DNA of 64,000 nt from Candidatus Latescibacterota bacterium. GTDB taxonomy: Bacteria; Latescibacterota; UBA2968; UBA8231. The notes under the pieces were generated by a model. The model was not told the DNA's origin and made no database searches. It saw only the letters and a list, made by a program, of their open reading frames with translations. Below, piece by piece: positions 39,377 through 49,380 of this stretch. The DNA is taken from positions 3,584,001 through 3,648,000 of the forward strand of contig OZ241867.1 of assembly GCA_965203175.1 (NCBI GenBank). Reading direction: 5' to 3'. The position numbers and the translations under genes are program-made. Each line of letters begins with the position of its first letter. Within the stretch, counting starts at the first letter, position 1.

Positions 39377-40141
39377 ATGGACAATTTATACGTGCAGAAG
39401 TTGAGTGTGTCGTTCGACGGCTTCAAGGCGCTGGACATCGACATTTTTGAGGTTGCCCAAAACGAGTTGCGGGTGGTCATCGGCCCCAATGGCGCGGGCA
39501 AGACGACCCTGCTCGACGTGCTCTGCGGTCGGGCGCGACCCGACGTTGGCCATGCCTATTTCAAGGATCAAGACCTGACCAAGCTGAGCGAGGACGAGAT
39601 TGTCGATCTCGGGGTGGGGCGCAAGTTCCAAGCGCCGACGGTTTTTACTTCGCTGACTGTCGCTGACAATCTGATGCTAGCTGTGAAGGCCAACCGCGGC
39701 GTCTTTGCCTCGCTGTTCCACCGGCTCCAAGCGGCCGAGCGCCGCCGGATTGAGGAGGTGGCCGAGCGCACGGGGCTGGAGGATGCGCTCGACGAGGTCG
39801 CCGGTACTCTGTCACACGGTCAGAAGCAGTGGTTGGAGATCGCCATGGTCATCTTGCAGGACCCCACGCTCTTCTTAGTGGATGAGCCAGCGGCGGGCAT
39901 GACTGACGAGGAGACTTTCCGCACTGGAGAGATCCTCCAAGGGCTGGCCGAGGATCACGCCCTGATTGTCATTGAGCACGACATGGAATTCGTGCGGCAA
40001 ATCGCCCGCAAAGTAACAGTGTTACACGAGGGCAGAATTTTAGTCGAAGGGCCGATGGAAGCAGTGCAGAACGACCCGCGCGTCATTGAGTGCTATTTGG
40101 GAACGGCCATGGAACGGGAGGAGCACAGTGCAGTCGGCTGA
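39377..40141 (+). CDS. urtD: Urea ABC transporter ATPase
   Basis: VSFDGFKAL, GPNGAGKTT, GRKFQ, LSHGQKQWLEI. Confidence 0.95.
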   Translation: MDNLYVQKLSVSFDGFKALDIDIFEVAQNELRVVIGPNGAGKTTLLDVLCGRARPDVGHAYFKDQDLTKLSEDEIVDLGVGRKFQAPTVFTSLTVADNLMLAVKANRGVFASLFHRLQAAERRRIEEVAERTGLEDALDEVAGTLSHGQKQWLEIAMVILQDPTLFLVDEPAAGMTDEETFRTGEILQGLAEDHALIVIEHDMEFVRQIARKVTVLHEGRILVEGPMEAVQNDPRVIECYLGTAMEREEHSAVG

Positions 40142-40838
40142 GACCACGCTGGCGGTGGAGGAATTGGATATCCACTACGGGGGCAGCCGCATCTTGCGGG
40201 ATATTAGCTTGCAGGTTCCCGGCGGCTCGATTGTGGCGGTGATGGGGCGCAACGGCGTCGGCAAAACGACACTGCTCAAGGCGATTATGGGGCTGTTGGC
40301 ACCGAGCAAGGGCCGGGTGTTTTTTGCCGGCGAGGACGTCACGGCGCTGACGGCTGACAAGCGCACTCGACGGGGGTTGGGATACGTGCCGCAGGGCCGC
40401 GAGATTTTTCCGCAGTTGACGGTGCGGGAAAACTTGGAGATCGGCTTGCAGGCGCGCGGAGGCGGAGGCGAGGTGTCCGAGGAAGTGTTCACTCTTTTTC
40501 CAGTGTTGGCGGACATGCAGGAGCGGATGGGCGGCAATTTGAGCGGTGGACAGCAACAGCAGTTGGCCATTGCCCGGGCGCTGGTCGGCGAACCCAAGGT
40601 CCTGATGCTGGACGAACCGACCGAAGGGATCCAGCCGTCGATCATTTTGGAAATAGAAAAGGTGTTGCTCCAGCTCAAGGAGCGGGGCGAGTTCGCCATC
40701 GTCTTGGTCGAGCAGTACTTCGACTTCGCGCGGCAGATCGCCGATCACTTCTTTCTGATGGACCGCGGCAGCATTCTATTGCAGGGGACAGCCGACGAGT
40801 TGTCGGATGAAAGTATCAAGACCCATCTGACGTTTTGA
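40128..40838 (+). CDS. urtE: Urea ABC transporter ATPase
   Basis: [40 protein letters not shown]. Confidence 0.95.
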   Translation: MQSAETTLAVEELDIHYGGSRILRDISLQVPGGSIVAVMGRNGVGKTTLLKAIMGLLAPSKGRVFFAGEDVTALTADKRTRRGLGYVPQGREIFPQLTVRENLEIGLQARGGGGEVSEEVFTLFPVLADMQERMGGNLSGGQQQQLAIARALVGEPKVLMLDEPTEGIQPSIILEIEKVLLQLKERGEFAIVLVEQYFDFARQIADHFFLMDRGSILLQGTADELSDESIKTHLTF

Positions 40839-40848
40839 GGGAGGATTC

Positions 40849-41604
40849 ATGCGGCTTGCACCGAGGGAAATCGACAAGCTAGTATTGCACAACGCCGGGT
40901 TTGTGGCGCAGAAGCGCTATGCCCGGGGCCTGCGGCTGAACTACCCGGAGGCGATCGCGCTGATCGCGGCGCAGTTGCTCGAATTTATCCGCGATGGCGA
41001 GCGGGTCGCCACTTTGATGGACAAAGGCAAGCAGTTGCTCGGGATTGAAGATGTGTTGCCGGGGGTGCCGGAAATGGTCCACGAGGTGCAGGTGGAAGGC
41101 ACGTTCCCCGACGGCACCAAACTGGTGACGGTGCATCAGCCGATCTGCCGGGCGCGCGGCAACGCCGAGTTGGCGCTCTATGGGTCGGGGCTGGTGCGCG
41201 TGGGAGAGACGTGGTCGCCGGACAATGCGTCTAGCGCCGCGCCCGGGGAAGCGCTGGTGGCGGATGAGGAACTCGCGCTCAATGATGGCCGCGAAAAAGT
41301 GGAGCTCGAAGTGGCGAACATGGGCGATCGCCCAGTGCAGGTGGGGTCGCACTTTCCCTTTTTTGAGGCGAACGCCGAATTGCGCTTTGACCGCGTACAG
41401 GCCTATGGCTTTCGCCTCGATATTCCCTCGGGGACGGCGGTGCGCTTTGAGCCTGGGGAGACCAAGACGGTGACGCTGGTTGCCGTAGCTGGCGAGCGCG
41501 TCGTCCAAGGTGGCAGCGGTTTGATCGGCGGGGCCTTGAGCGACGACAACAAGGCCGCCGCCCTTGAACGCGCTAAAGAGCGCGGCTTTTTAGGAGCGGA
41601 GTAA
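40849..41604 (+). CDS. ureAB: Urease gamma-beta fused subunit
   Basis: Gamma domain ([24 protein letters not shown]) followed by beta domain ([26 protein letters not shown]). Confidence 0.95.
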   Translation: MRLAPREIDKLVLHNAGFVAQKRYARGLRLNYPEAIALIAAQLLEFIRDGERVATLMDKGKQLLGIEDVLPGVPEMVHEVQVEGTFPDGTKLVTVHQPICRARGNAELALYGSGLVRVGETWSPDNASSAAPGEALVADEELALNDGREKVELEVANMGDRPVQVGSHFPFFEANAELRFDRVQAYGFRLDIPSGTAVRFEPGETKTVTLVAVAGERVVQGGSGLIGGALSDDNKAAALERAKERGFLGAE

Positions 41605-41606
41605 TC

Positions 41607-43310
41607 ATGCGTATTGATCGACGCGCTTATGCGGATATGTACGGCCCCACTACCGGCGACCGGGTGCGGCTGGGCGACACGGACTTAGTCGTCGAGGTCG
41701 AGCAAGATCACACCGTGTACGGCGAGGAGTGCAAGTTTGGCGGCGGCAAAGTGCTGCGCGACGGCATGGGGCAGCAGAGCGGCGCGAGCCAAAAAGAGGC
41801 GCTGGACTTGGTAATAACCAACGCGCTGGTGATCGACTACACGGGCATTTACAAAGCCGATATCGGCGTCAAGGACGGGCGCATCGCTGGGATTGGCAAG
41901 GCTGGCAACCCGGACATTATGCCGGGCGTCGCCAAGCAGATGGTCGTCGGCGCGACTACTGAAGTGGTGGCCGGGGAGAAGCTGATTTTGACGGCTGGGG
42001 CGCTGGACGTGCATGTGCATTTTATCTGTCCGCAGCAAGTGGAAGAGGCCATCGCGTCGGGGATTACTACGATGCTCGGGGGTGGCACCGGTCCGGCGAC
42101 TGGGACGAACGCGACCACTTGTACTCCAGGTGCCTTTTATATCCGTACGATGTTGCAATCGGCTGATGCTTGGCCGCTCAATTTTGGCTTTTTGGGCAAG
42201 GGCAATTCGTCGTTGCGCCCGGGGTTGGCGGCGCAAGTTGAGGCCGGAGCTTGTGGCCTCAAGCTGCACGAAGATTGGGGTACGACGCCAGCGGCTATTG
42301 ATTCGTGTTTGGCGGTTGCTGAAGAATTCGACGTGCAGGTTTGCATCCACACCGACACGCTCAACGAGTCGGGCTTTGTCGAGGCGTCGCGGGCGGCCTT
42401 CAAAGGGCGGACGATTCACACTTACCACACGGAGGGCGCGGGCGGTGGTCACGCGCCCGATATTATGCGGCTTTGCGGCGAGGCCAATGTGCTGCCCTCT
42501 TCGACCAACCCGACGCGGCCCTTTACGGTCAACACCATAGACGAACATCTGGACATGCTGATGGTCTGCCACCACCTCGACAAGAATATCCCCGAAGACG
42601 TGGCCTTTGCCGAGAGCCGGATCCGCCAGGAGACCATCGCTGCCGAGGATATTTTGCACGACTTGGGCGCGCTGTCGATTATCGCTTCGGACAGCCAAGC
42701 GATGGGTCGAGTGGGGGAGGTGGTGTGCCGGACTTGGCAGACGGCGCACAAGATGCGCCAGCAGCGGGGCCTGTTGCCCGAAGATGGGGGCGGTGCCGAC
42801 AACTATCGCGCACGGCGCTATGTCGCCAAATACACCATCAATCCAGCCATTGCCCACGGGCTCTCGGCCCAAATCGGCTCGGTGGAGACGGGCAAGCTGG
42901 CCGATTTGGTGTTGTGGCAGCCCGCCTTTTTCGGTGTCAAGCCAGAGCTAGTGATTAAAGGTGGAGTGATTGCCTACGCGCAGATGGGCGACGCGAACGC
43001 TTCGATACCTACGCCGCAGCCCGTGTATCCGCGGCCTATGTTCGGTTCCTACGGCAACGCGGTTGGGCCGACTTCGCTGGCTTTTGTTTCGCAGGCGTCG
43101 CGCGAGCGGGTGGGGGAGTACGGGTTGGCGAAAGAGGTCGTGCCGGTTGAGCATTGCCGCGACATTGGCAAGGCCGACATGCGGCTCAACGACGTGGTGC
43201 CCAATATCGAGGTTGACCCGGAGACCTATAAGGTGAAGGTTGATGGCGAGGAGATTACCTGTGAACCCGCGGAAAAACTGCCGCTGGCGCAGCTATATCA
43301 CCTGTTCTAA
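41607..43310 (+). CDS. ureC: Urease alpha subunit
   Basis: [47 protein letters not shown]. Confidence 0.98.
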   Translation: MRIDRRAYADMYGPTTGDRVRLGDTDLVVEVEQDHTVYGEECKFGGGKVLRDGMGQQSGASQKEALDLVITNALVIDYTGIYKADIGVKDGRIAGIGKAGNPDIMPGVAKQMVVGATTEVVAGEKLILTAGALDVHVHFICPQQVEEAIASGITTMLGGGTGPATGTNATTCTPGAFYIRTMLQSADAWPLNFGFLGKGNSSLRPGLAAQVEAGACGLKLHEDWGTTPAAIDSCLAVAEEFDVQVCIHTDTLNESGFVEASRAAFKGRTIHTYHTEGAGGGHAPDIMRLCGEANVLPSSTNPTRPFTVNTIDEHLDMLMVCHHLDKNIPEDVAFAESRIRQETIAAEDILHDLGALSIIASDSQAMGRVGEVVCRTWQTAHKMRQQRGLLPEDGGGADNYRARRYVAKYTINPAIAHGLSAQIGSVETGKLADLVLWQPAFFGVKPELVIKGGVIAYAQMGDANASIPTPQPVYPRPMFGSYGNAVGPTSLAFVSQASRERVGEYGLAKEVVPVEHCRDIGKADMRLNDVVPNIEVDPETYKVKVDGEEITCEPAEKLPLAQLYHLF

Positions 43311-43964
43311 ATGAATCGCCTCTATCCGTTAATGCACCTAGCCGATAGTGCGCTGCCGGCTGGTGGCTACGCCTTTTCCAATGGCTTGGAAGGGGCCTAT
43401 CAGTTGGGCTTACTGGATGCGCCTGGGGCGCTGGAAGAGTTCGTGCATTCGGCACTGATGGCTGCGGCCTGCGGCGAGATTCCCTTTATCCATTCTTGTT
43501 ATGTAGAATCCGACGAAGGTGCCGTGGCGGCAATGTTGCATTTCTACGACGCGATGATCGCGGCTCCGGCGATGCGTCGGGCGAGTTTGATCTTGGGCAA
43601 GAACTGGTTGCGGCTGATGGCTGGCTTGTACCCGGAGGTCAAGTTCGCAAACTTGCGGCGGGTGCACGCGCACTACACGGTGGTTTTTGGGTTGGCGTTG
43701 AAGGCTGCGGGCTTTGCGCAAGCTGACGCTCAGCATCTTTACATGTTTCAAGTGCTCAGGGACCAGATGAGTGCCGCAGTGCGTCTCGGGATCGTCGGGC
43801 CGATGGAGGCCACGCGACGGCAGTTGGGTCTGTATGTGTATTGCGAGGAATTGCTCGCGGAAGTAGCGGGGCGACCGTACGCACAAGCGATGCGTTGCGC
43901 GCCGCAGCTCGACATTGCCCAGAGCGTACACGACGATCTCTATTCGCGCCTTTTTCAGAGTTGA
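43311..43964 (+). CDS. ureF: Urease accessory protein UreF
   Basis: [30 protein letters not shown]. Confidence 0.93.
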   Translation: MNRLYPLMHLADSALPAGGYAFSNGLEGAYQLGLLDAPGALEEFVHSALMAAACGEIPFIHSCYVESDEGAVAAMLHFYDAMIAAPAMRRASLILGKNWLRLMAGLYPEVKFANLRRVHAHYTVVFGLALKAAGFAQADAQHLYMFQVLRDQMSAAVRLGIVGPMEATRRQLGLYVYCEELLAEVAGRPYAQAMRCAPQLDIAQSVHDDLYSRLFQS

Positions 43965-43978
43965 ACGCAGGAGGATGT

Positions 43979-44710
43979 ATGGGGCACGACCACGACCACG
44001 ACCACACACACGAGCCTTTTGATTCGCCTGGACTTTTCGCCGAGCGCGAAGGCTCGGACCCGCACCGCGATTTTTCCGACCGCGCCTTTACGGTGGGGAT
44101 TGGCGGGCCGGTCGGCAGCGGCAAGACGGCGCTGTTGCAAGCTTTGTGCGAAAGGCTGCGCGACGAGTATAGCTTGGGGGTGGTCACCAACGACATCTTC
44201 ACTCGCGAGGACGCCGAGTTTCTGCTTCGACACGAGGCGTTGGAACAGGAGCGCATCGTCGGCGTCGAGACCGGCGGTTGTCCGCACGCGGCGATCCGCG
44301 AGGATATTTCGCTGAATTTGAATGCGCTCGAAGACTTGATGGATCGTTTTGCCGGGGGTATCGACTTACTGCTGGTCGAAAGCGGCGGCGACAACTTGGC
44401 AGCTCATTTCAGCCGCGAGCTCGTCGATTATTCGGTGTACGTCATCGACGTATCCGGCGGCGACAAAATTCCGCGCAAGGGCGGCCCGGGGACGACGCAG
44501 TCGGATTTGCTGGTAATCAACAAGACAGATCTGGCCGAGATGGTGGGGGCGGATTTGGGGGTGATGGATCGCGATGCCAAGAAGATGCGCGGCGAGGGGC
44601 CGACGGTCTTTGCTTGCATCAAGGATCGGGAGGGACTGGAGGCGATTGTCGAGTATATTCTCACGGCGCGGGAGAGGGCGTTGCTGTCGGAGGCGCAGAA
44701 GCCGTTTTAA
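43979..44710 (+). CDS. ureG: Urease accessory GTPase UreG with His-rich N-terminus
   Basis: [36 protein letters not shown]; N-terminal [11 protein letters not shown]. Confidence 0.97.
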   Translation: MGHDHDHDHTHEPFDSPGLFAEREGSDPHRDFSDRAFTVGIGGPVGSGKTALLQALCERLRDEYSLGVVTNDIFTREDAEFLLRHEALEQERIVGVETGGCPHAAIREDISLNLNALEDLMDRFAGGIDLLLVESGGDNLAAHFSRELVDYSVYVIDVSGGDKIPRKGGPGTTQSDLLVINKTDLAEMVGADLGVMDRDAKKMRGEGPTVFACIKDREGLEAIVEYILTARERALLSEAQKPF

Positions 44711-46029
44711 CCTTGTCCTACAATCCATTGTTTGGCCTCTTCTTGCGTATAGGTCCCGGTAACGGCGTCGCAGTTTTCCGGTATTGCATGGCTTGCTGGC
44801 TTACCAATATGAGATTTCAGATTCTCTCGTAATATCCTTGCTGTTCCATTAGATAACTCTTTTACGAGAAACTCAACATCCTCTTGGCTCAATCCACCGG
44901 CGAAAGTTACCGAGGACAACTCGGTTTCTTTACCAACCTGCATCTTGATATGATCTCCATTACTAAAAGACGTAGCAGGAGAAGTCCACTCGCTTTTTGC
45001 CCCTTGTAGTTGTGCTTTATCGAGATTAGCTCCTTGCAGACATGCTTCGTAGAGATTCGTTCCCTGCAGTTGTGCTTCTTCAAGGGAAGCCCCTTGTAGT
45101 TGTGCTTTATCGAGATTAGCTCCTTGCAGACGTGCTCCGTAGAGATCCGCTTCCTGCAGTTGTACTTCTTCAAGAGTCGCTCTTTGCAGGTGTGTAAAAA
45201 GAAGGGAGGCTTCTTGTAGGTACGCCTTCTCCAGATTCGCTCCTTGTAGCTGTGTTTCTATAAGCGTAGCCCCTTGTAGTTGTGTTTTTTCAAGCTTAGC
45301 TCCTTGTAGTTGTGACCGTCCAAGATCAGCTCCTTGCAGATGTGCCTCGGTCAGGACGGCCCCTTTTAAACGCGCAGACTTGAGATCAGCCCCGTTTAGC
45401 CAGCTTCCCTGCAAGTTGATGTGGCAACCTCTGAAAATCTCGTGCTTCTGCACGAATAGTAACGTCAATAAGCTTTGAACTTCTTCTGAGGGTTTCGACT
45501 TGTGCGTTTTCCGATAGTTATCTTCGCCCGTCGTCTGGCGGATATGAGCGCAGAGAATGTCGAGCACGGTCTGACGCAAATCTTCGGTGTCTTCTGCCAG
45601 ATGGAAAAGTTCGTAGGCCCCACCCAAGCGCACAGAGTCCGATTCATGACCTAGGTGTTCAATGGCATTTTTCAGGCGATCCTGCCGCTGTCCTTGCTCG
45701 GTTTTCGATACAGCGTCGGCCTGCGCTTTCGCGGCGTCGGCCTGTGCTTTCGCGGCGTCGGCCTGCGCTTCTGCGGTTTTCTCCATCGCCTTGGCGCGCT
45801 TGTAGGACATCAGGGCTTGCAGAGCAACCAACACACCGCCCATGCCGATGCCCAGAAATTTCAGAGTTTCATTTTTGCTGGATAAGTCAAGAAGTTTAGA
45901 AGTATGAGTTTCGACATATTCAAAGGACAGGACGCCTACAAAAACTATCACCAAGACGACGAGAAGGACGATGAGAGCGATCTGAAAGATCGAAAAAAGT
46001 TTTTTTCTGATTTTAGAGAATAGGTTCAT
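44707..46029 (-). CDS. Membrane-anchored pentapeptide-repeat protein
   Basis: Two N-terminal TM helices, AIEHLG...VRLGG..L, about 30 A(D/N)L pentapeptide units; lower GC. Confidence 0.88.
   Translation of the reverse strand: MNLFSKIRKKLFSIFQIALIVLLVVLVIVFVGVLSFEYVETHTSKLLDLSSKNETLKFLGIGMGGVLVALQALMSYKRAKAMEKTAEAQADAAKAQADAAKAQADAVSKTEQGQRQDRLKNAIEHLGHESDSVRLGGAYELFHLAEDTEDLRQTVLDILCAHIRQTTGEDNYRKTHKSKPSEEVQSLLTLLFVQKHEIFRGCHINLQGSWLNGADLKSARLKGAVLTEAHLQGADLGRSQLQGAKLEKTQLQGATLIETQLQGANLEKAYLQEASLLFTHLQRATLEEVQLQEADLYGARLQGANLDKAQLQGASLEEAQLQGTNLYEACLQGANLDKAQLQGAKSEWTSPATSFSNGDHIKMQVGKETELSSVTFAGGLSQEDVEFLVKELSNGTARILRENLKSHIGKPASHAIPENCDAVTGTYTQEEAKQWIVGQG
44999..45131. repeat. 43-bp exact direct repeat (90-bp period) within the pentapeptide array
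   Basis: Identical copies at 44999-45041 and 45089-45131. Confidence 0.85.
45713..45775. repeat. 3 x 21-bp tandem repeat encoding A(E/K)AQADA
   Basis: GCGTCGGCCTG(C/T)GCTT..GCG three times. Confidence 0.9.
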
Positions 46030-46150
46030 AGCGGATTTCTATGGGTAGAAAGTCGGTCACCATTTCAGACCTTGATCAACCACTCTCGTTCAGTCGACAC
46101 GTTGCTCATACAGCACTTTCCTTTTTTTTAGTATCTTGTGAGTCTTAGAA

Positions 46151-46666
46151 TCATGTGTGTATCAATTCACGGAGACTGGCGACCTTGGATCTGAAGTGGT
46201 GCTTCGCTGCCCACTCGGCGAGAAACCCATCGGCTTCTTCTATAGTCAGGTGGCCAGCCTTGATCAGCGTCAACACCAAGTCCTCCGTCTGACAGAGCGC
46301 CAAGTCCTCACGTCGGCGTTGGCCTTCAGTGCGCGCTCTTCGATCCTGAAGCCCGGCGATCCAATCCCGAGTAAGCGCAACGGCTAAAACGGAGCACTCG
46401 CCAGCTCCAAGCCGCCCACCCGCCCGAAGGTCTGTAAATAGCACAACCTCCACTGGATTGCGGACACTTTGTAAATCAAGTGTGCCCGCAGCCACGGCAT
46501 CTTTGACAACCTTCTTCTGTTTTGGACGCCTCACTTCATCGAGAACTTGGTCGAGCAGCACAACTGAGGTGCTAAGCTGACCGAGTAACTCAACACGACC
46601 GATCTTCACAAAATTCAGCAGGATTGAGGTGTCGAGGACAATCGGCGTTGAGTCTTGCTGCTCCAT
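46151..46666 (-). CDS. PIN-domain protein (DUF3368-like), putative toxin
   Basis: IVLDTSIL, QVLDEV, LGAGE, QDRRAR acidic PIN residues. Confidence 0.8.
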   Translation of the reverse strand: MEQQDSTPIVLDTSILLNFVKIGRVELLGQLSTSVVLLDQVLDEVRRPKQKKVVKDAVAAGTLDLQSVRNPVEVVLFTDLRAGGRLGAGECSVLAVALTRDWIAGLQDRRARTEGQRRREDLALCQTEDLVLTLIKAGHLTIEEADGFLAEWAAKHHFRSKVASLRELIHT

Positions 46667-46676
46667 TCAAAGTGCC

Positions 46677-47900
46677 TCAATCCGCCAAATCGAGAATCGT
46701 CTCGTCGTCAATATTCAACAGGCGGCCTACTTCAAGCAGTCGCCCCTGCGAAATTTCCCCGCGCCACCATGCTTCCAAGGCCAGCGACAGAATCTGCCAA
46801 TCCAATTCGTGGTCCCAATGTTCCTCGTCTTCGGAATCCTCTACATCTGAAAATGCTTTTACAGTGCGGAGGTATCGATTGGCCTCTTCAGTCTGGTCGA
46901 GAAGTGCCTCGGCTTGTTCTTGGCTGACGAGATTCAAGCCGCGCAACCGCCAAACCGCCGCAGCATAGCTTACCTCAAAGTGCCAAGCCAAAAGCGCCAC
47001 GTCTGCATAGGTCACATTCTGTGAGCGCGCTGGGCTGCGCAACTGGCCTTGGATCCCTTCTTCAGTGACGGCATCCACCGCTGCTTCCTCGCGGCGGCTA
47101 CCTCTCCCTTTGCCCAAGTTGTACAGAAAATCTCGCACGCCCTCTTCGGGCATGAGGAAGGCGGCGGCAAAGGCATTGGCCCGCTGTTCGGTTCGCGTCT
47201 TGGCATTATGGGCACTCGTAACAGTGGCCGGTTCATCGCGGTCCATAAGCGCGTGACCGTGTTCGTGGGCAAACGAAAACCGCCGCCGCACCGGTGCTTG
47301 AGTGAGGTTAGCCAAAATCGCCATACCGAAGTCTGGACTGCTCAGAAAAAGACCAGAGATTTCATCGGGCAACGGCAAAGCGGCCGTCCAGATATTCTGA
47401 TGGGCCAAGGTCTCAGGCACTTTGACGGGTGCTTGGCCCAAATCGAGACGCCGACGCTCTTGCTCGGCCACAAGCTGGCCTTGGGCAATGGCCTGTCCCG
47501 CTGAGCGCGGGGACGACAGTTCGTAACGTGGGAGGGAGACAGCAGCCCTATCGCCCGTTAGGCGTCGCAGCGACGCCCCTTCTCGGAGCAAGCGCAGACA
47601 ACGCCGAGCTTGTTTTTGGACAACCTCACTTTGCAGACCCGGCTCGGCGCGAAAAAGCGCAACGACCGGGTCTTCCTGTTCGATCGGGCTATTCGGGTTG
47701 ACGAACCATTCGACTGGCCGGCCGTACAGGTCTGCAAGATAAGTCAGCTCAAGCGTGGAGACCTGCCGCTGGCCGGATTCCATGAGGCTGATGGCGGATC
47801 GCTGTAGGCCGAGTGCTGCACCGGCGGCTTCCTGCGTGATCTGCCTACTTTCGCGTGCCCATCGCAGTCGTTGCCCGATCTCTTCGAGGGTAATGAGCAT
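46677..47900 (-). CDS. Xre-HTH plus ImmA/IrrE zinc peptidase
   Basis: IGQRLRWARE...SLMESGQR HTH; RRFSFAHEHGH; EQRANAFAAAFLMP. Confidence 0.92.
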   Translation of the reverse strand: MLITLEEIGQRLRWARESRQITQEAAGAALGLQRSAISLMESGQRQVSTLELTYLADLYGRPVEWFVNPNSPIEQEDPVVALFRAEPGLQSEVVQKQARRCLRLLREGASLRRLTGDRAAVSLPRYELSSPRSAGQAIAQGQLVAEQERRRLDLGQAPVKVPETLAHQNIWTAALPLPDEISGLFLSSPDFGMAILANLTQAPVRRRFSFAHEHGHALMDRDEPATVTSAHNAKTRTEQRANAFAAAFLMPEEGVRDFLYNLGKGRGSRREEAAVDAVTEEGIQGQLRSPARSQNVTYADVALLAWHFEVSYAAAVWRLRGLNLVSQEQAEALLDQTEEANRYLRTVKAFSDVEDSEDEEHWDHELDWQILSLALEAWWRGEISQGRLLEVGRLLNIDDETILDLAD

Positions 47901-47931
47901 AGAGCACCTCCGAGTTGGTTAGGGTCTAAAT

Positions 47932-47961
47932 GAGTTTATATTATCGAACTCTATTTGTCAA
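47932..47961 (-). promoter_or_regulatory. Sigma70 promoter of the Xre-IrrE/PIN operon with overlapping inverted repeat
   Basis: Minus strand TTGACA-N17-TAAACT; GAGTT-N10-AACTC spans the spacer and -10. Confidence 0.65.
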
Positions 47962-48082
47962 TATATGGTTAATAAAGTGCTAATATAGAAACAAAATGTG
48001 CATGAAATAAGAGCGCGACATTCATCGAAATCGCTTGTTTTGGAGCGTTCAAACTTCGTGAAAGAGCCTGCGCCCACCGCAC

Positions 48083-49258
48083 TCAATGGTGAAAAAGCCG
48101 CACCCCCGAATTAATCATCAACATTCCGTATTCGTCTGCCGCCTCAATTACCAGATCGTCCCGCGTTGACCCACCAGCTTGGACTAAGTACTCCACGCCT
48201 GAACGCTGCGCCCGGTCGATGTTGTCGCGGAAGGGGAAGAAGGCGTCTGAACTCAGCGCCACGCCCTTGAGATGATTCAGCCATTCCCGCTTCTCCTTGG
48301 CGCTGAGCCGCTCTGGGACCTCGCGGAAGTTGGCTTCCCATGCCCGGAGTTCGGCCGGGGTGACGTCGTCTTGTAGATAGATGTCGATGGCGTTGATTTT
48401 TTCCGGGCGCTTGAGGCCCTTGGCGAATTTCATGCCCAAGACTTTGGGGTGTAGGCGCAGATACCAGTTGTCGGCCTTGGCGCAGGCCAAGCGCACGCAG
48501 TGGACGCGCGACTGCTGGCCGGCACCAGTGCCGATGACTTGGCCGTCGTAGGCTAGGCACACGGAGTTGGATTGGGTGTACTTGAGAGCGATGGTCGCCA
48601 CCGTCAGGTCGCGGCGGGCACTGGCCGGCAAGTCCTTGCGGGCCGTGACGATGTTGTGGAAAAAGGCGTCGTCGGGAATAAAGTCGTTGCGTTGCTGCGC
48701 GAGTTGGACACCGAATATCTCGCGTTGCTCGGTCGCGGCCGGCGCGTAGTCTGGGTCGATTTGCAGGATGCGGTACTGGCCGCCCTTTTTCTTTTTTAAA
48801 ATCTCTAAAGCCTCTGGCTCGTAGCCGGGGGCGATGATCCCGTCGGAGACCTCGACGCGGATGAGATCGGCCGTAGGGAAATCGACCACGTCGCTTAGGG
48901 CGATCCAGTCGCCGAAGGAGGCGAGGCGGTCGGTACCGCGCGCGCGGGCATAAGCCGTGGCCAGCGGGCTGAGGTCGCGGTCGGCGACGAAGTAGGATGC
49001 ACTCAGGGTCTCGTCGAGCGGTGCGGCGATAGCGGCACCGGCCGGAGAGACGTGTTTGAACGAGGCGGCAGCCGGCAGACCGAGGGCGCGTTTGAGATCG
49101 CGGACGAGCTGCCAAGCGTTGAGCGCGTCCATGAGGTTGATATAGCTGGGAGCGTCGTTGAGCGGCTCGATGGGTAGGTCGCGGCCATCGGCCATCAAGC
49201 AGCGGGCTCCTGCTTGGTGGGGGTTGCATCCGTAGCGCATGTCGATTGTCGCGGGCAT
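48083..49258 (-). CDS. purH: AICAR transformylase (stand-alone, no IMP-cyclohydrolase domain)
   Basis: [45 protein letters not shown]; 391 aa. Confidence 0.9.
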   Translation of the reverse strand: MPATIDMRYGCNPHQAGARCLMADGRDLPIEPLNDAPSYINLMDALNAWQLVRDLKRALGLPAAASFKHVSPAGAAIAAPLDETLSASYFVADRDLSPLATAYARARGTDRLASFGDWIALSDVVDFPTADLIRVEVSDGIIAPGYEPEALEILKKKKGGQYRILQIDPDYAPAATEQREIFGVQLAQQRNDFIPDDAFFHNIVTARKDLPASARRDLTVATIALKYTQSNSVCLAYDGQVIGTGAGQQSRVHCVRLACAKADNWYLRLHPKVLGMKFAKGLKRPEKINAIDIYLQDDVTPAELRAWEANFREVPERLSAKEKREWLNHLKGVALSSDAFFPFRDNIDRAQRSGVEYLVQAGGSTRDDLVIEAADEYGMLMINSGVRLFHH

Positions 49259-49280
49259 AGTTCCTCCTTGATGAGACTAT

Positions 49281-49310
49281 TTGACAAAGGTTGGGGCGGC
49301 GTATTATGTT
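49281..49310 (+). promoter_or_regulatory. Probable sigma70 promoter for dapAB
   Basis: TTGACA-N18-TATGTT. Confidence 0.45.
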
Positions 49311-49380
49311 CGGCAATCGCGGTAAAAAGACAATCGCCAATCAACCCATTTTTGACAAGCCAAGGCGAGGTAGAACGATC

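Noticed and set aside
41590-41620. Possible ureAB-ureC read-through giving a single-chain urease
   Set aside because: Different frames, TAA stop, ureC has its own SD (AGGAG), and there is no clear slippery site.
41685-42872. 395-aa minus-strand ORF
   Set aside because: Antisense shadow of ureC, common at high GC.
44990-45420. 15/30-bp periodic DNA resembling a CRISPR array
   Set aside because: Explained by pentapeptide coding repeats; no unique spacers and no cas genes.
48144-49340. 398-aa Arg/Pro-rich minus-strand ORF
   Set aside because: Off-frame overlap with purH; composition typical of non-coding GC-rich frames.
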